A DNA stretch of 64,000 bases from Candidatus Undivivens industriae (lineage in GTDB: Bacteria > Omnitrophota > Gorgyraeia > Gygaellales > Profunditerraquicolaceae): the NCBI GenBank assembly GCA_012514745.1, contig JAAYZR010000002.1, positions 40,962 to 104,961 on the forward strand, given 5' to 3'. This document shows, in pieces, positions 42,720-53,604 of the stretch; position 1 is the first letter of the stretch; each line of letters opens with the position of its first letter. The notes under the pieces are model-generated. The model searched no databases and was not told where the DNA came from. It was given only the letters and a program-made list of their open reading frames with translations. A program made the position numbers and the translations under genes.

Positions 42720-43796
42720 ATGACCAATATTAAGAATTATCTCAAGATGATGCTGGACAGGAACGCTTCGGACATGTTCTTCCGCGCCGGGTCAAACGTG
42801 CGTCTGCGCATAGACGGCGAGGTCGTCTCCATTGACGAAAGGGTGATCACCCTTGACGAAGTAAACGAAGCGGTCAAGGAATTGACCTCAAACGAGTTAA
42901 AGGACTTCTTTCAGCGCACGCTGGACGTGGACTTCGGAGTGTATGTCCCGGAACTGGATAACCGTTTCCGTATCAGCATCTTCATGCAGAGAAATTGGCC
43001 GGCGCTGGTGGTCAGGAGCATTCGGTCCGCCATACAGACTTTCGAGGAATTACATCTGCCTTCCGATATCCTCTCCAGGCTTTCCATGGAGAAAAGAGGT
43101 TTGATCCTTCTGACGGGCAGCGTGGGCAGCGGCAAATCCACCACGATAGCCAGCATGATCGAGTACGTGAACAATAACGCCAACAAGCACATCCTGACTG
43201 TGGAAGAACCGATCGAGTTCACCTTCAAGGATAAGCGTTCCATCATAAATCAGAGGGAGCTGGGGATAGATGTGTCTTCATATGCGGTAGCGCTGCGCGC
43301 GTTCACACTGCAGAGCCCGGACGTGATTTTCATCGGCAACATCAGGGATTACGAGACCATGTCCGCCGCGCTCACCGCCGCCGAGACCGGCGTGCTGGTA
43401 TTTAGTACTCTGCATACCGTTAACGCCCCGCAAACGCTGGAACGCATCGTTAATTTTTTCCCTCCGCATCAGCATGCCGAGGTAAGGACTCAACTGTCCT
43501 ATCTGCTTAAAGGGGTAATTTCCCTGCGGCTTCTCCCTTCCAAAGAGGGGAAGGGACGGCTCCCCGCTTACGAAACCATGCTGCAAACTCCCACCATCAG
43601 CCGTCTGCTCAGGGAAGGAAAGACCTGGGAGATCCCCCAGTTCGTCGACGACGGCGCCGTATACGGTATGCAGTCTTTCAGCCAGGCGCTGGTAAGACTC
43701 GTCAGAGAAGGAAAGATAACGGAAGAGACCGCCCTGATGAACTGTGATAACAAAGACGAATTCATGCTCGCCCTGAGAGGCATCTGCAGGGGCTGA
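42720..43796 (+). CDS. PilT/PilU family ATPase with degenerate catalytic motifs
   Basis: ASD..RIDG, GSVGSGKST, EEPIE, QRELG, STLH, GMQSF; Walker B reads IGNIRD. Confidence 0.9.
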   Translation: MTNIKNYLKMMLDRNASDMFFRAGSNVRLRIDGEVVSIDERVITLDEVNEAVKELTSNELKDFFQRTLDVDFGVYVPELDNRFRISIFMQRNWPALVVRSIRSAIQTFEELHLPSDILSRLSMEKRGLILLTGSVGSGKSTTIASMIEYVNNNANKHILTVEEPIEFTFKDKRSIINQRELGIDVSSYAVALRAFTLQSPDVIFIGNIRDYETMSAALTAAETGVLVFSTLHTVNAPQTLERIVNFFPPHQHAEVRTQLSYLLKGVISLRLLPSKEGKGRLPAYETMLQTPTISRLLREGKTWEIPQFVDDGAVYGMQSFSQALVRLVREGKITEETALMNCDNKDEFMLALRGICRG

Positions 43797-43835
43797 GAAG
43801 CGGCCGGCAACGCCGTTTTACAAAGAGAGGAAGAG

Positions 43836-44937
43836 ATGATAGACAATATAAAGACCGGTCTGGAGCGTATTCACTCGAAGCTCGAGCAGCTTAGAGGTTA
43901 TCTTTGACATAGAAGAAAAGCTGGAACAGGTTGAGCGGTTTTCTTCGGAGATGGCGGAGCCGGGCTTTTGGGACAACCAGGAAAAGGCCAATTCCGTGGT
44001 GAAACGCCTGAAGGCTCTGAAGGCGGTCGTCGGTCCCTGGCAGGAAACGATATCCAGACATAGAGAATTGCGGGAACTGGCGGAGCTGCTTAAGGAAGAT
44101 GACGGTGATTTGGCAGCCGAGATAAGCTTCGGGGTGGAAGCGTTGTCCCGCAGCGTGGAGAGACTGGAGCTGAAGACTCTTTTAAGCGGAAGGTTCGACG
44201 CCAACAGCGTTTTCTTGAGCGTCAACGCCGGGGCCGGCGGGACTGAATCATGCGACTGGGCGCAGATGCTGCTCAGGATGTACGCGCGCTGGGCCGAAGA
44301 TAAAGGGTATGAAACCAGAATGGTGGATATCCTTTACGGGGAAGAGGCCGGTGTTAAGAACGCTACGTTGTATGTGGGTGGAGAATACGCCTACGGCTAT
44401 TTGAGGTCCGAACGCGGCGTCCACCGGCTGGTGCGCATCTCGCCTTTTGACGCCAATAAACGCAGACACACTTCTTTTGCCTCCGTGGACGTCGTCCCGG
44501 AAATAGAGGACGACGTCGATTTCAAGATAGAAGAGAAAGACCTGCGCATAGACGTTTTTCGTTCTTCTGGCCCCGGCGGGCAGAGCGTCAATACCACGGA
44601 TTCGGCGGTGCGCATCACGCACCTTCCCAGCGGGACCGTCGTGCAGTGCCAGAATGAAAGGTCCCAGTTCCAGAATAAGCAGACGGCGATGAAGATGCTG
44701 AAGTCCAGGCTTTACGAGATAGAGCAACGTAGAAAAGAGGAGGAATTGAGCAGGCAATGCGACTCCTCGAAAAAGAAAATAGAGTGGGGCAGCCAGATCC
44801 GTTCTTATGTCATGCACCCGTACACCATGGTTAAAGACCATCGTACCGGGCTGGAAACCGGAGACGCCGGCGGAGTGATGGACGGGGCCCTCGACGGTTT
44901 CATCGAGTCCTATCTAAGAAAAAAAGCGGAAGGATAA
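43836..44937 (+). CDS. prfB: Peptide chain release factor 2, programmed +1 frameshift
   Basis: 23 codons from ATG 43836 to AGAGGTTAT-CTT-TGA-C, continuing in the +1 frame with SPF and GGQ motifs. Confidence 0.97.
43893..43908 (+). other. prfB frameshift site (internal SD plus CTT TGA C)
   Basis: AGAGGTTATCTTTGAC. Confidence 0.95.
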
Positions 44938-44939
44938 GC

Positions 44940-47867
44940 GTGATGTTCGGCTTTTTCAAGAAAGCGGTGCTCACCGGCAAACAAAAGGTGATCGACCGTA
45001 AATACAAGGGGATCAATATAACGCTGCATCCGGATATGCCGATGCCTTCGCTGGACGCGGTGGTTGCGCTGGCCGGCGCCGCCGCCGCCGTGAACGCCCG
45101 GGAGGAGGAGGTCGGCCGCCTCTCCGACGCAGAACTGCGCGCTAAAAGCGGGCAGTTCGGGGAATACCTGCGGGAAAAGGAAAAGGCGTGCGCGGAACAG
45201 CTCGCGGAGATCGCTCTGGCGGTGGAGAAGGCCGCCATTGCCGAGGAAAAAGAGAGGTTGAAAGAAAAGCTGAAGCTGGCGCGTAACCGCGTTTTCGACG
45301 GGATCCTCGCCGAGGCCTTCGCGGTGGTCCGGGAAGCATCCAGGCGCACCATCGGGCTCAGGCATTTCGACTCGCAGATAATCGGCGGATTGATCCTGCA
45401 CCAGGGGAAGATCGCCGAGATGTCCACCGGAGAAGGCAAAACCCTGGTAGCGACTCTTCCCGCTTATCTAAACGCCCTCCTGGGCCGCGGGGTGCACATC
45501 GTGACGGTCAATGATTACCTGGCCAGGCGCGACAGGGAATGGATGGGGCCGGTTTTCGAGTTTCTCGGATTGAGCGTGGGCGTCATACAGCACGATATGT
45601 CCGACGAAGCCCGCAAATCAGCCTACGCCTGCGACATCACTTACGGCACGAATAATGAGTTCGGGTTCGATTACCTGCGCGACAACATGAAATACAGCTC
45701 CTCCGAACTTGTGCAGAGGCCGTTCTATTACGCCATCGTAGACGAGGTGGACTCCATACTTGTGGACGAGGCCCGCACCCCCCTGATAATTTCCGGGCCC
45801 GCAGAGGAGTCCACGGACAAGTATTACACCATAGACAGGATCATCCCCCGGCTGGAAGGGAAAATGATCATGGAAAAGGAGCAGATCGAGGCCAAATACA
45901 AAGGAGTGGACCTCTCCAAAGGCTACGATTATGTCGTGGATGAAAAGGCGCGGAATGCCTATCTGACAGAACAAGGAGAGGCGAAGGTCTGCTCATTGCT
46001 GAACATCTCCAGCCTGCACGATATGGAGACCATGGAATGGAGGCATCATGTCATCCAGGCGTTGAGGGCCCACAACCTGTATAAAAGGGACGTGGATTAC
46101 GTGGTCAAAGACGGGCAGGTACTTATCGTAGACGAGTTCACCGGCAGGCTGATGCCCGGAAGGCGCTGGTCGGACGGACTGCACCAGGCGGTGGAGGCCA
46201 AGGAAAGGATGAAGATAGAGAGGGAGAATCAAACCCTGGCCACGATCACCTTCCAGAATTTCTTCCGCATGTACGAGAAGCTCTCCGGCATGACCGGTAC
46301 CGCTTATACCGAGGCCAACGAATTCAAAGCGATCTATAAACTGGACGTAGTGGTGGTTCCCACCAACAGACCGCTGATCCGCATAAATTATCCGGACCGT
46401 ATATATAAGACCGAGGCGGAGAAATTCAACGCCGTGGTCGAAGAGATAACCCGGATGTATTCTTCCGGCAGACCGGTGCTGGTCGGCACGGTTTCCATAG
46501 AGAAATCGGAATTGCTGTCGGGCATGCTGAAGAAAAGAGGCATAGAACACCAGGTGCTGAACGCCAAATACCACGAGATGGAAGCGCAGATCGTGGCGCA
46601 GGCCGGAAGGTATAAGGCGGTGACCATAGCCACCAACATGGCCGGCCGCGGCACCGATATCCTTCTGGGGGGCAATCCCGGTTTCATTGCCAGGAGCGTG
46701 CTTAACCAGAAAGAGTTTGACGGGGAGGAACAGCGCTTTGTCGAACATACCCGCCTGCTGGAGAAATACAGAAGAGAAACGGAAGAAGAACACCGAAAGG
46801 TGGTGGAAGCCGGCGGGCTGCATATAGTAGGAACGGAAAGGCACGAGGCGCGCAGGATAGACAATCAGTTGCGCGGGCGTTCCGGCAGGCAGGGGGACCC
46901 GGGGTCTTCGCGTTTCTACGTATCTCTCGGGGACAACCTGATGCGTTTGTTCGGTTCCGACCGGCTGATCGGGATAATGGACCGGTTGGGACTCGAGGAA
47001 GGCCAGGTAATCGAGCATCCCTGGATTAATAAATCCATAGAGGTGGCGCAGCGCCGGGTGGAGCAGCATAATTTCGAGATACGCAAACAGCTTCTGGAAT
47101 ACGATAACGTGATGAACAAGCAACGCGAAGTGGTTTACAGCCAGCGCAGGCAGATACTCGACGGCATCTCGCTGAAGGATAATATTTTGGCCATCATGGA
47201 GAGGAGCGTCTGCGGGCTGGCCGGCATGTATTCCGGAGAGGATCCCGCGCAGTCCGATTACGACGGACTGCTGGATACCCTGAAACTGAAATTCGGCCTG
47301 GAGTTTTCCCGGGAGGAATTGCTGGCCAAAGAGGGCGGGACGTTGTCCGATACCCTCTATGCCATGGTCTCGGAGGCATATTTAAACAAAGAGAAAGAGG
47401 CAGGGGAAGGGAACATGCGTTTAATAGAACGGATGGTTTTCCTGCAAATCATAGATTCCAGGTGGAAAGATCATCTGTACGCGATGGATAATCTGCGCGA
47501 GGGTATAGGATTGCGCGCTTACGGCCAGCGCGACCCCCTTGTCGAGTATAAACGCGAGGCGTTCGAGATGTTCAACAATATGATCTCCGCCGTGGAAGAG
47601 GAATCGCTGGAGATCCTTTTTAAGCTCCGTCCGGAACCGCGTAGAGAGGCCAGGGGAGTATTCAGCACCACGTCGCAGGAATTGAGCCATCCGGAGGCCG
47701 GGTCTTTTTCCGGCTCCGGCGGCCGCGAAGACAGGGAAAGCACGACCGCTCCGGCGGCCGGGCCCGCCGGCGGCAAGGCGCAGGGCGATCCCGCGGTAAA
47801 AGTCGGAAGGAATGATCCCTGCCCATGCGGCTCCGGAAAGAAGTTCAAGAAATGCTGCGGAAGATAA
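44940..47867 (+). CDS. secA: Preprotein translocase ATPase SecA
   Basis: [40 protein letters not shown]-terminal [19 protein letters not shown]. Confidence 0.98.
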   Translation: MMFGFFKKAVLTGKQKVIDRKYKGINITLHPDMPMPSLDAVVALAGAAAAVNAREEEVGRLSDAELRAKSGQFGEYLREKEKACAEQLAEIALAVEKAAIAEEKERLKEKLKLARNRVFDGILAEAFAVVREASRRTIGLRHFDSQIIGGLILHQGKIAEMSTGEGKTLVATLPAYLNALLGRGVHIVTVNDYLARRDREWMGPVFEFLGLSVGVIQHDMSDEARKSAYACDITYGTNNEFGFDYLRDNMKYSSSELVQRPFYYAIVDEVDSILVDEARTPLIISGPAEESTDKYYTIDRIIPRLEGKMIMEKEQIEAKYKGVDLSKGYDYVVDEKARNAYLTEQGEAKVCSLLNISSLHDMETMEWRHHVIQALRAHNLYKRDVDYVVKDGQVLIVDEFTGRLMPGRRWSDGLHQAVEAKERMKIERENQTLATITFQNFFRMYEKLSGMTGTAYTEANEFKAIYKLDVVVVPTNRPLIRINYPDRIYKTEAEKFNAVVEEITRMYSSGRPVLVGTVSIEKSELLSGMLKKRGIEHQVLNAKYHEMEAQIVAQAGRYKAVTIATNMAGRGTDILLGGNPGFIARSVLNQKEFDGEEQRFVEHTRLLEKYRRETEEEHRKVVEAGGLHIVGTERHEARRIDNQLRGRSGRQGDPGSSRFYVSLGDNLMRLFGSDRLIGIMDRLGLEEGQVIEHPWINKSIEVAQRRVEQHNFEIRKQLLEYDNVMNKQREVVYSQRRQILDGISLKDNILAIMERSVCGLAGMYSGEDPAQSDYDGLLDTLKLKFGLEFSREELLAKEGGTLSDTLYAMVSEAYLNKEKEAGEGNMRLIERMVFLQIIDSRWKDHLYAMDNLREGIGLRAYGQRDPLVEYKREAFEMFNNMISAVEEESLEILFKLRPEPRREARGVFSTTSQELSHPEAGSFSGSGGREDRESTTAPAAGPAGGKAQGDPAVKVGRNDPCPCGSGKKFKKCCGR

Positions 47868-49396
47868 TTTTTAACGGAACGAACGTAATTGTTTTATCCT
47901 CATCGCTGCTGTTGTTTTTGTCTTTTCCTCCCGCCGGCCTTTGGCCGGCGGCCTGGATCGCGTTCATGCCCCTCTTTAACGCCGTGGAAGGCAGGAGCGT
48001 AAAACAGACTGTTGTGCTGTTCTTTCTCTGCGGGTTTTTCTTCTGGCTTGGCGCTATATCTTGGATTTCGGCGGTTACCTTTATCGGGATGCTGCTGCTT
48101 TGCGGGTATCTGGCGCTGTATTTTGCCTGCTTCGGGCTTGTTTTTCCTTTATCCCGGAATATGCCGCAGGCTTTAGCTCCGGTATTCCTGGCCGCGGCCT
48201 GGACGGCGCTGGAATACCTGCGCGGCATGATCTTGACCGGTTTCCCCTGGGCGCTGCTCGGGCACACGCAGTATCTTAATCTTCCCGCCATACAAATATC
48301 CGATATCACCGGGGTATGGGGAGTGTCGTTTCTTATTATGTTTTTCAATGCCGCTTTCTACCCGGTCTTCTCCGGCAGGCAGCCCCTGGATACCGCCGCG
48401 AAAAGAGTAGCCCCGGCAATTATCTGCGTTATGGCCGCTCTGACCTACGGCTTGTTCCGTCTTTTTACCCCGCCGGCAGCCGGCGATTTCAAGATCGCCC
48501 TGGTCCAGGGGAACATACCGCAGAAGCTTAAATGGGCGGTTTCCAGCAGAAAGTTCATAGTCGATAAGTTTCTGGGTATCTCTTCCGAAGCGGTTATAAA
48601 AGATAATCCGGATATAGTCATCTGGCCGGAGGCTTCATTTCCGGAATTGATGGGAGAGGAAACGGAACTCTATTCAAGACTGCGCGATACCGTGCGGGAA
48701 TGGAACACGCCGCTTTTGTTCGGAGCGGTGCTGCGGGAAGGGGAAGGTTATTACAACGGCGCTTTTCTCCTTTCTTCCGGCGGAGAGATCGCCGGAGAGT
48801 ACCGGAAGATACAGCTCGTTCCTTTCGGTGAATTCATCCCTTTTAGAAAGACGCTGGGTTTCCTTGAGACGGTCGTTCCCATAGGCGACTTCTATCCGGG
48901 AAGAGAATTCAAGGTCTTTACCGCGGAAGGCAAAGGTTTGGATAACGCGGGAAAACAGCATAAATTTGCCGTCTTGATCTGTTTCGAAGACGCCTTCCCC
49001 AGGCTCAGCCGTCGTTTTGTGCGGGCAGGCGCCGGGCTACTGGTCAATATGACTAATGATGCCTGGTTCGGCAGGAGCGGAGCGTCCTCCCAGCACCTGC
49101 AGTCTTCAGTGTTCAGGGCGGTGGAGAACCGCGTCTGGGTCGCCAGGGCGGCCAATACCGGGATTACCGCCGTGATCGACAGTAAGGGAAAAATAAGAGA
49201 TATTGTAAAGAACAAACGGGGAGATCCCCTTTTTACCGAAGGATATCTGTCCGTTCCGGTAGGCGGGGCCGGACAGGGAGGATCTTTCTACACCGCCAAC
49301 GGTGATCTGCTGGTGTATTTTTGTTTCATGTTTGTTTTTGCCGGAGGTCTCTGGACGGGTTTTCTGCATGCGCTTACACGCCGCCGGTTGAAATAA
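47852..49396 (+). CDS. lnt: Apolipoprotein N-acyltransferase
   Basis: [38 protein letters not shown]. Confidence 0.96.
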   Translation: MLRKIIFNGTNVIVLSSSLLLFLSFPPAGLWPAAWIAFMPLFNAVEGRSVKQTVVLFFLCGFFFWLGAISWISAVTFIGMLLLCGYLALYFACFGLVFPLSRNMPQALAPVFLAAAWTALEYLRGMILTGFPWALLGHTQYLNLPAIQISDITGVWGVSFLIMFFNAAFYPVFSGRQPLDTAAKRVAPAIICVMAALTYGLFRLFTPPAAGDFKIALVQGNIPQKLKWAVSSRKFIVDKFLGISSEAVIKDNPDIVIWPEASFPELMGEETELYSRLRDTVREWNTPLLFGAVLREGEGYYNGAFLLSSGGEIAGEYRKIQLVPFGEFIPFRKTLGFLETVVPIGDFYPGREFKVFTAEGKGLDNAGKQHKFAVLICFEDAFPRLSRRFVRAGAGLLVNMTNDAWFGRSGASSQHLQSSVFRAVENRVWVARAANTGITAVIDSKGKIRDIVKNKRGDPLFTEGYLSVPVGGAGQGGSFYTANGDLLVYFCFMFVFAGGLWTGFLHALTRRRLK

Positions 49397-49553
49397 AAAC
49401 GCACGGCGTCTATTTTTTACTTTGACTAACGATAGAAAATAGAATGTTGGCGCAATCGAGATGTTCCCTTTTTGTCTATTTTCACTTCTCGATTGTTTCG
49501 CGCGTTATTAGTATAAAGAAGGCGATTAGAGCAACAGCGCGGTATGGGGGGAT

Positions 49554-50975
49554 ATGAGTTATAGAACAGGACGATACTTATTTCCCGCAGCATTATTCCT
49601 GTTCTGTTTCTTTTCCGCCCGGCCGGCAGCTGCGGAGGAAGCCGTCAGCGGGGTCTTTATGAGGCTTCCGGCGTTTTCCGCTTCGGACAGAGTGCTTATC
49701 CTCGCCCCTCATCCAGACGACGAGGCTATCGCGTGCGCGGGAGTTATAAAGGAAGCTTTACGCCGCGGGGCGTTTCTAAAAGTGGCTTACCTGACAAACG
49801 GAGACCACAACCAGCTGGCGTTCCTTGTTTACAAGAAAAGGCCGGTACTGCGCACCGGAGAGTTCATCCAGATGGGAGAAGTGCGCAGGCGCGAGGCTGT
49901 AAAGGCCATGGGATCGCTGGGCGTCCCGGAAAAAGATCTCGTGTTTCTCGGCTATCCTGATTTCGGCACTTTCTCGATATTCTGCAAATACTGGAAGAGC
50001 AGAAAACCTTATAAGAGCATCCTTACAAGGATATCGGCGGTCCCCTACAAAGACAACTTCAGTTATGCTTCCGTCTATAACGGGGAGAATATCCTCTCCG
50101 ATCTGAAAGAAATACTGCTGGATTACAGGCCGACGAAGATTTTCGTTTCCCATCCGGGAGACGTAAACGTGGATCACAAGGCGTATTACTTGTTCCTTTG
50201 TATCGCGCTTGCCGATCTGGAAGATGAGATCGGCAGGCCGCAGGTGTTTCCTTATCTGGTGCATTGCCCGGGCTGGCCTCTGCCGAGACATTATCACCCG
50301 GATCTCCCGCTTCTGCCTCCCGGGCAGTTTTCCGGCCTCGCACTGGATTGGAAGGTTCATCGGCTTAGCGAGGCCGATCTATCGAGCAAACGCGACGCCA
50401 TACTCTGTTACAGAAGCCAGACCAGGTCCAGCGCTTTTTATCTTTTATCCTTTGCCCGCGGAAACGAGCTTTTTGGTGATTATCCGGAGATAACGCTGGG
50501 CAGCGTCGGTAAAGGGAGGATTTTTCCGTTTTCCAGGGAGATCCCGGACGAGGAATACGAACCCTCCTGCCCGAACGAGGCCTGGGAGGCAAGTTATTCC
50601 GTCTCCGGCGGGGTTTTTTATATAACCGTCGACAAGAACAAGGAACTGGAGAAGAGATTCGTGTTCACCGCTTACATTTTCGGCTATAAGAAGGGAGTGG
50701 AATTCGCCGCTATGCCGAAGATCATGTTCATCAGCCGCTACAACGTCTTTAAGATGTTCGATAAGAGGAGGCCCGTTTCTTCCGGCGGCGTTTCCGTGCA
50801 ATTGAGCAAGGAGCAGGTAACCGTGGGGATACCCCTGCGTCTTCTGGGCGACCCTGACCTGATGCTGGTCTCCATCAGGACTTACGACAGAATGCAGCCG
50901 CGGGGGGCGGCGGGGTTCCGTCGGATCAGGGTAAATAAAAAAGGGGGGAGCGATGCTGGAATTCAGGAGCGTTAA
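49554..50975 (+). CDS. Exported PIG-L family deacetylase with C-terminal beta domain
   Basis: Signal peptide, APHPDDE, TNGD, RRREA, LGYPD, VDH. Confidence 0.88.
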   Translation: MSYRTGRYLFPAALFLFCFFSARPAAAEEAVSGVFMRLPAFSASDRVLILAPHPDDEAIACAGVIKEALRRGAFLKVAYLTNGDHNQLAFLVYKKRPVLRTGEFIQMGEVRRREAVKAMGSLGVPEKDLVFLGYPDFGTFSIFCKYWKSRKPYKSILTRISAVPYKDNFSYASVYNGENILSDLKEILLDYRPTKIFVSHPGDVNVDHKAYYLFLCIALADLEDEIGRPQVFPYLVHCPGWPLPRHYHPDLPLLPPGQFSGLALDWKVHRLSEADLSSKRDAILCYRSQTRSSAFYLLSFARGNELFGDYPEITLGSVGKGRIFPFSREIPDEEYEPSCPNEAWEASYSVSGGVFYITVDKNKELEKRFVFTAYIFGYKKGVEFAAMPKIMFISRYNVFKMFDKRRPVSSGGVSVQLSKEQVTVGIPLRLLGDPDLMLVSIRTYDRMQPRGAAGFRRIRVNKKGGSDAGIQER

Positions 50976-51438
50976 AGTCGTCAAACCGGACGATGTTAAT
51001 GTCATCCTCGGTCAGAGCCATTTCATAAAAACCGTGGAGGATCTTTATGAGGTCATGGCCGGTTCGGTCCCCGGCATAAAATTCGGCCTGGCTTTCGTTG
51101 AATCTTCCGGTGCATGCAGGATACGCGTCGAAGGCAACGACGCGGAGTTAAAGATGACGGCGGCGGAGAACGCAGCTTCCATAGGAGCGGGACACTTTTT
51201 CATAATCTGCATGCGCGGCGCTTTTCCTATCAACGTGTTGAACGCCGTCAAGGCAGTCCAGGAGGTCTGCTGTATATATTGCGCAACCGCAAATCCCGTA
51301 GAGGTCATAGTGGCCGAGACCGCGGCCGGATGCGGTATTATGGGAGTGATAGACGGCGCCAAGCCGAAAGGAGCGGAGTCGGCGGAAGACATTGCCTGGA
51401 GGCGCGGACTGCTGCGAAAGATAGGCTATAAACTATAA
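50953..51438 (+). CDS. Adenosine-specific kinase family protein (DUF355)
   Basis: ILGQSHFIKTVEDL, FPINVLN, CATANP, GVIDG, KIGYKL. Confidence 0.88.
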   Translation: MLEFRSVKVVKPDDVNVILGQSHFIKTVEDLYEVMAGSVPGIKFGLAFVESSGACRIRVEGNDAELKMTAAENAASIGAGHFFIICMRGAFPINVLNAVKAVQEVCCIYCATANPVEVIVAETAAGCGIMGVIDGAKPKGAESAEDIAWRRGLLRKIGYKL

Positions 51439-51554
51439 CCGCCCGCCCCGGTCCGGCTTTGCTCTTGAATCGGCGGGTTTTTTTGCTATAATACGGCAGA
51501 TACGGTGCCGTGACGGCGCCTGTGCCGGGTTTCGTTCGTAATCAAAGGCAGAAG

Positions 51555-52472
51555 ATGCAATTTAAAAAAATATCCAAAGAGGCGCCGCGTTTCTTCGCCT
51601 GGGCGGCGCTTATGACGTGTTCTTTAATAATAAAAGTGCTGCCCAGCCGTTTTTTATACGGGTTTTCCGCCGTTCTCGGCCGCGTCTTTCATATTATTGC
51701 CCTGAAACACCGCAGGGTCGCAATGGACAGCCTGCGCATAGCATTCGGAAAAGAGAAAGATAACGGTGAGCTCAAGAAGATTTGCCGGGATTGTTTTATT
51801 TCCATAGCCAAATCCGGGGCCGAGATCCTCAAGCTGACTGTGGACCACGCGTATATGGCGGGGCGGGTGGAGATAGAAGGCAGAGAATATCTGGACAGGG
51901 CCCTTGCCGCCGGCAGAGGGGTGATATTGGTCAGCGCGCATTTCGGCAATTTCCCTCTTTTGATCTCAAAGCTGGACGTTGACGGTTACAGGATAGGGGT
52001 TATCATGCGCAGGATGAGGGATATCCGCATGGAAAGGTTCCTTATCCGCAAACGCAGCAAGTTCGGGATGAGAGTTATCTATAGCCAGCCCCGCCAGGCA
52101 TGCGTCGGGGAGACCTTGCGCGCCCTGCGCAGCAATGAGATGGTGTTTATCCCGATGGACCAGAATTTCGGCACGGCCGGTGTGTTCGTCGATTTTTTCG
52201 GCAAAAAAGCCGCAACCGCCACCGGGCCGGTGGTGCTGGCGCAGCGCACCGGATCCGCCATCGTCCCCTGTTTTATCGTCCGGCAGTCGGATAATACGCA
52301 CCGGATAATCTTCGAACCGCAGATGGCACTGCCGGAAGGTCCGGATTGTATAGCCGAGAGCGTCCAGAATATCACGGCGGTTATAGAGGCTTATATTAGA
52401 AGATATCCTTCCGAATGGGGCTGGATGCATAAACGCTGGAAGGCGCGTCCGGCGGGAGAAACGGCGGGATAA
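51555..52472 (+). CDS. Lipid A biosynthesis acyltransferase (LpxL/HtrB family)
   Basis: SAHFGNF, DQ, VDFFG, PSEWGWMHKRWK; TTGAAT-16-TATAAT promoter at 51465-51492. Confidence 0.88.
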   Translation: MQFKKISKEAPRFFAWAALMTCSLIIKVLPSRFLYGFSAVLGRVFHIIALKHRRVAMDSLRIAFGKEKDNGELKKICRDCFISIAKSGAEILKLTVDHAYMAGRVEIEGREYLDRALAAGRGVILVSAHFGNFPLLISKLDVDGYRIGVIMRRMRDIRMERFLIRKRSKFGMRVIYSQPRQACVGETLRALRSNEMVFIPMDQNFGTAGVFVDFFGKKAATATGPVVLAQRTGSAIVPCFIVRQSDNTHRIIFEPQMALPEGPDCIAESVQNITAVIEAYIRRYPSEWGWMHKRWKARPAGETAG

Positions 52473-52556
52473 GTCCGGTTCTTCGTCAGATAATGACAGA
52501 AAACGATTCTCCGTCCGTACGTCGGAGAAGAACAATCTACAGTGAAAGGGGGAGTT

Positions 52557-52769
52557 ATGGCGGAAGATACAAAGAAAGACGTAAAGGGTTGCGGTTGCAA
52601 GAAGACGCTCGGCACGGCGTTTAAATTCATTCTCGGCCTGGTTTTCCTCGGCCTGGGAGCCTGGGCTGTGATCGGGTGGTTTGATAGCCTCAAGATAGTG
52701 TTCATGGGGTGCATAGGCTTGTTCCTCATTCTTGCCGGTATTATCACGCTTGCCATCGCGAGGGAGTAA
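52557..52769 (+). CDS. Small two-TM membrane protein
   Basis: GGGGGAG SD, two hydrophobic helices, followed by a strong hairpin. Confidence 0.75.
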   Translation: MAEDTKKDVKGCGCKKTLGTAFKFILGLVFLGLGAWAVIGWFDSLKIVFMGCIGLFLILAGIITLAIARE

Positions 52770-52778
52770 TTGATTCAG

Positions 52779-52818
52779 GCATAAGCCGGGAGCCGCGTAA
52801 CGGGTTCCCGGCTTATGC
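52779..52818 (+). terminator. Strong hairpin after the small membrane protein
   Basis: GCATAAGCCGGGAGCC...GGTTCCCGGCTTATGC; U-tract is weak. Confidence 0.6.
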
Positions 52819-52924
52819 GCGGTGATTTTTCGCTATATCCGGTATAAGAAATATAAGGCGCGGATGACGCCCTACAAGGCGGTGTTTTTAGTAACAATGT
52901 TTAGGGACAGGGAGAGATGACGGC

Positions 52925-53500
52925 ATGGAAGCTATATTGAAAAGGGAGATTGTTGTAGATAAGTCATTATCGAGAATAATTCTTATTGTTTCTTTTGCGG
53001 CAGCCATTACCCTGGGGGCGCACGTGCGCATCCCGCTGCCTTTTACTCCCGTTCCGCTGACCCTGCAGACTTTCTTTGTTCTTTTGTCGGCAGCGCTGCT
53101 GGGGGCGCGGATGGGGATGGCCGCGCAGGTTTTGTATCTATGCGCCGGAGCCGCCGGGTTGGGGGTTTTTACCGGCAGCGGCGCCGGTCTGTCTTATTTC
53201 CAGGGCGTCACCGGAGGATATTTAGTGGGTTTTATGGCGGCGCAGTTCGTTGTCCCTTTTCTTTCCCGTTCCATTGCGATCGAAAAAAGCGTTCTCCGCG
53301 CGGCCGCGGTTTTTCTGCTGGCGGATTTTGTCCTACTTGCCTGCGGCACGCTCTGGCTGAAGACGGTATACGGTTGCAGCGGTAAGCAGGCGATGCTTTG
53401 CGGCTTTTGGGCCTTCGTGCCGGGCGATATCCTGAAAGCCTTGCTTGCGGCCGGTATCTATACCGCCGCAGCTCCGCGGATAAAAGAAATTACGCGTTGA
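52925..53500 (+). CDS. bioY: Biotin transporter BioY
   Basis: IPLPFTPVPLTLQT, TGGYLVGF, FVPGDILK. Confidence 0.95.
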   Translation: MEAILKREIVVDKSLSRIILIVSFAAAITLGAHVRIPLPFTPVPLTLQTFFVLLSAALLGARMGMAAQVLYLCAGAAGLGVFTGSGAGLSYFQGVTGGYLVGFMAAQFVVPFLSRSIAIEKSVLRAAAVFLLADFVLLACGTLWLKTVYGCSGKQAMLCGFWAFVPGDILKALLAAGIYTAAAPRIKEITR

Positions 53501-53604
53501 CGCGCGGTTTTTGCCCGTCTTGACAAAGAGCAAGGCGTATGTTAAATTGTGGCCTGGCGGAGGCGTTTCCGGGTGAGCCGTCCGGCGGCAAAGGAGGAGT
53601 CGGA

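Noticed and set aside
45993-47123. Long antisense ORFs (also 5725-6807, 10568-11326, 13221-14117, 23325-24245, 31547-32530, 36753-37727, 41326-42384, 58470-59282)
   Set aside because: They are shadows of well-supported + strand genes in GC-rich DNA and have no recognisable motifs.
52820-52924. BirA operator or riboswitch upstream of bioY
   Set aside because: There is no convincing TGTxAAC-N-GTTxACA palindrome, only a weak CCCTA/TAGGG stem.
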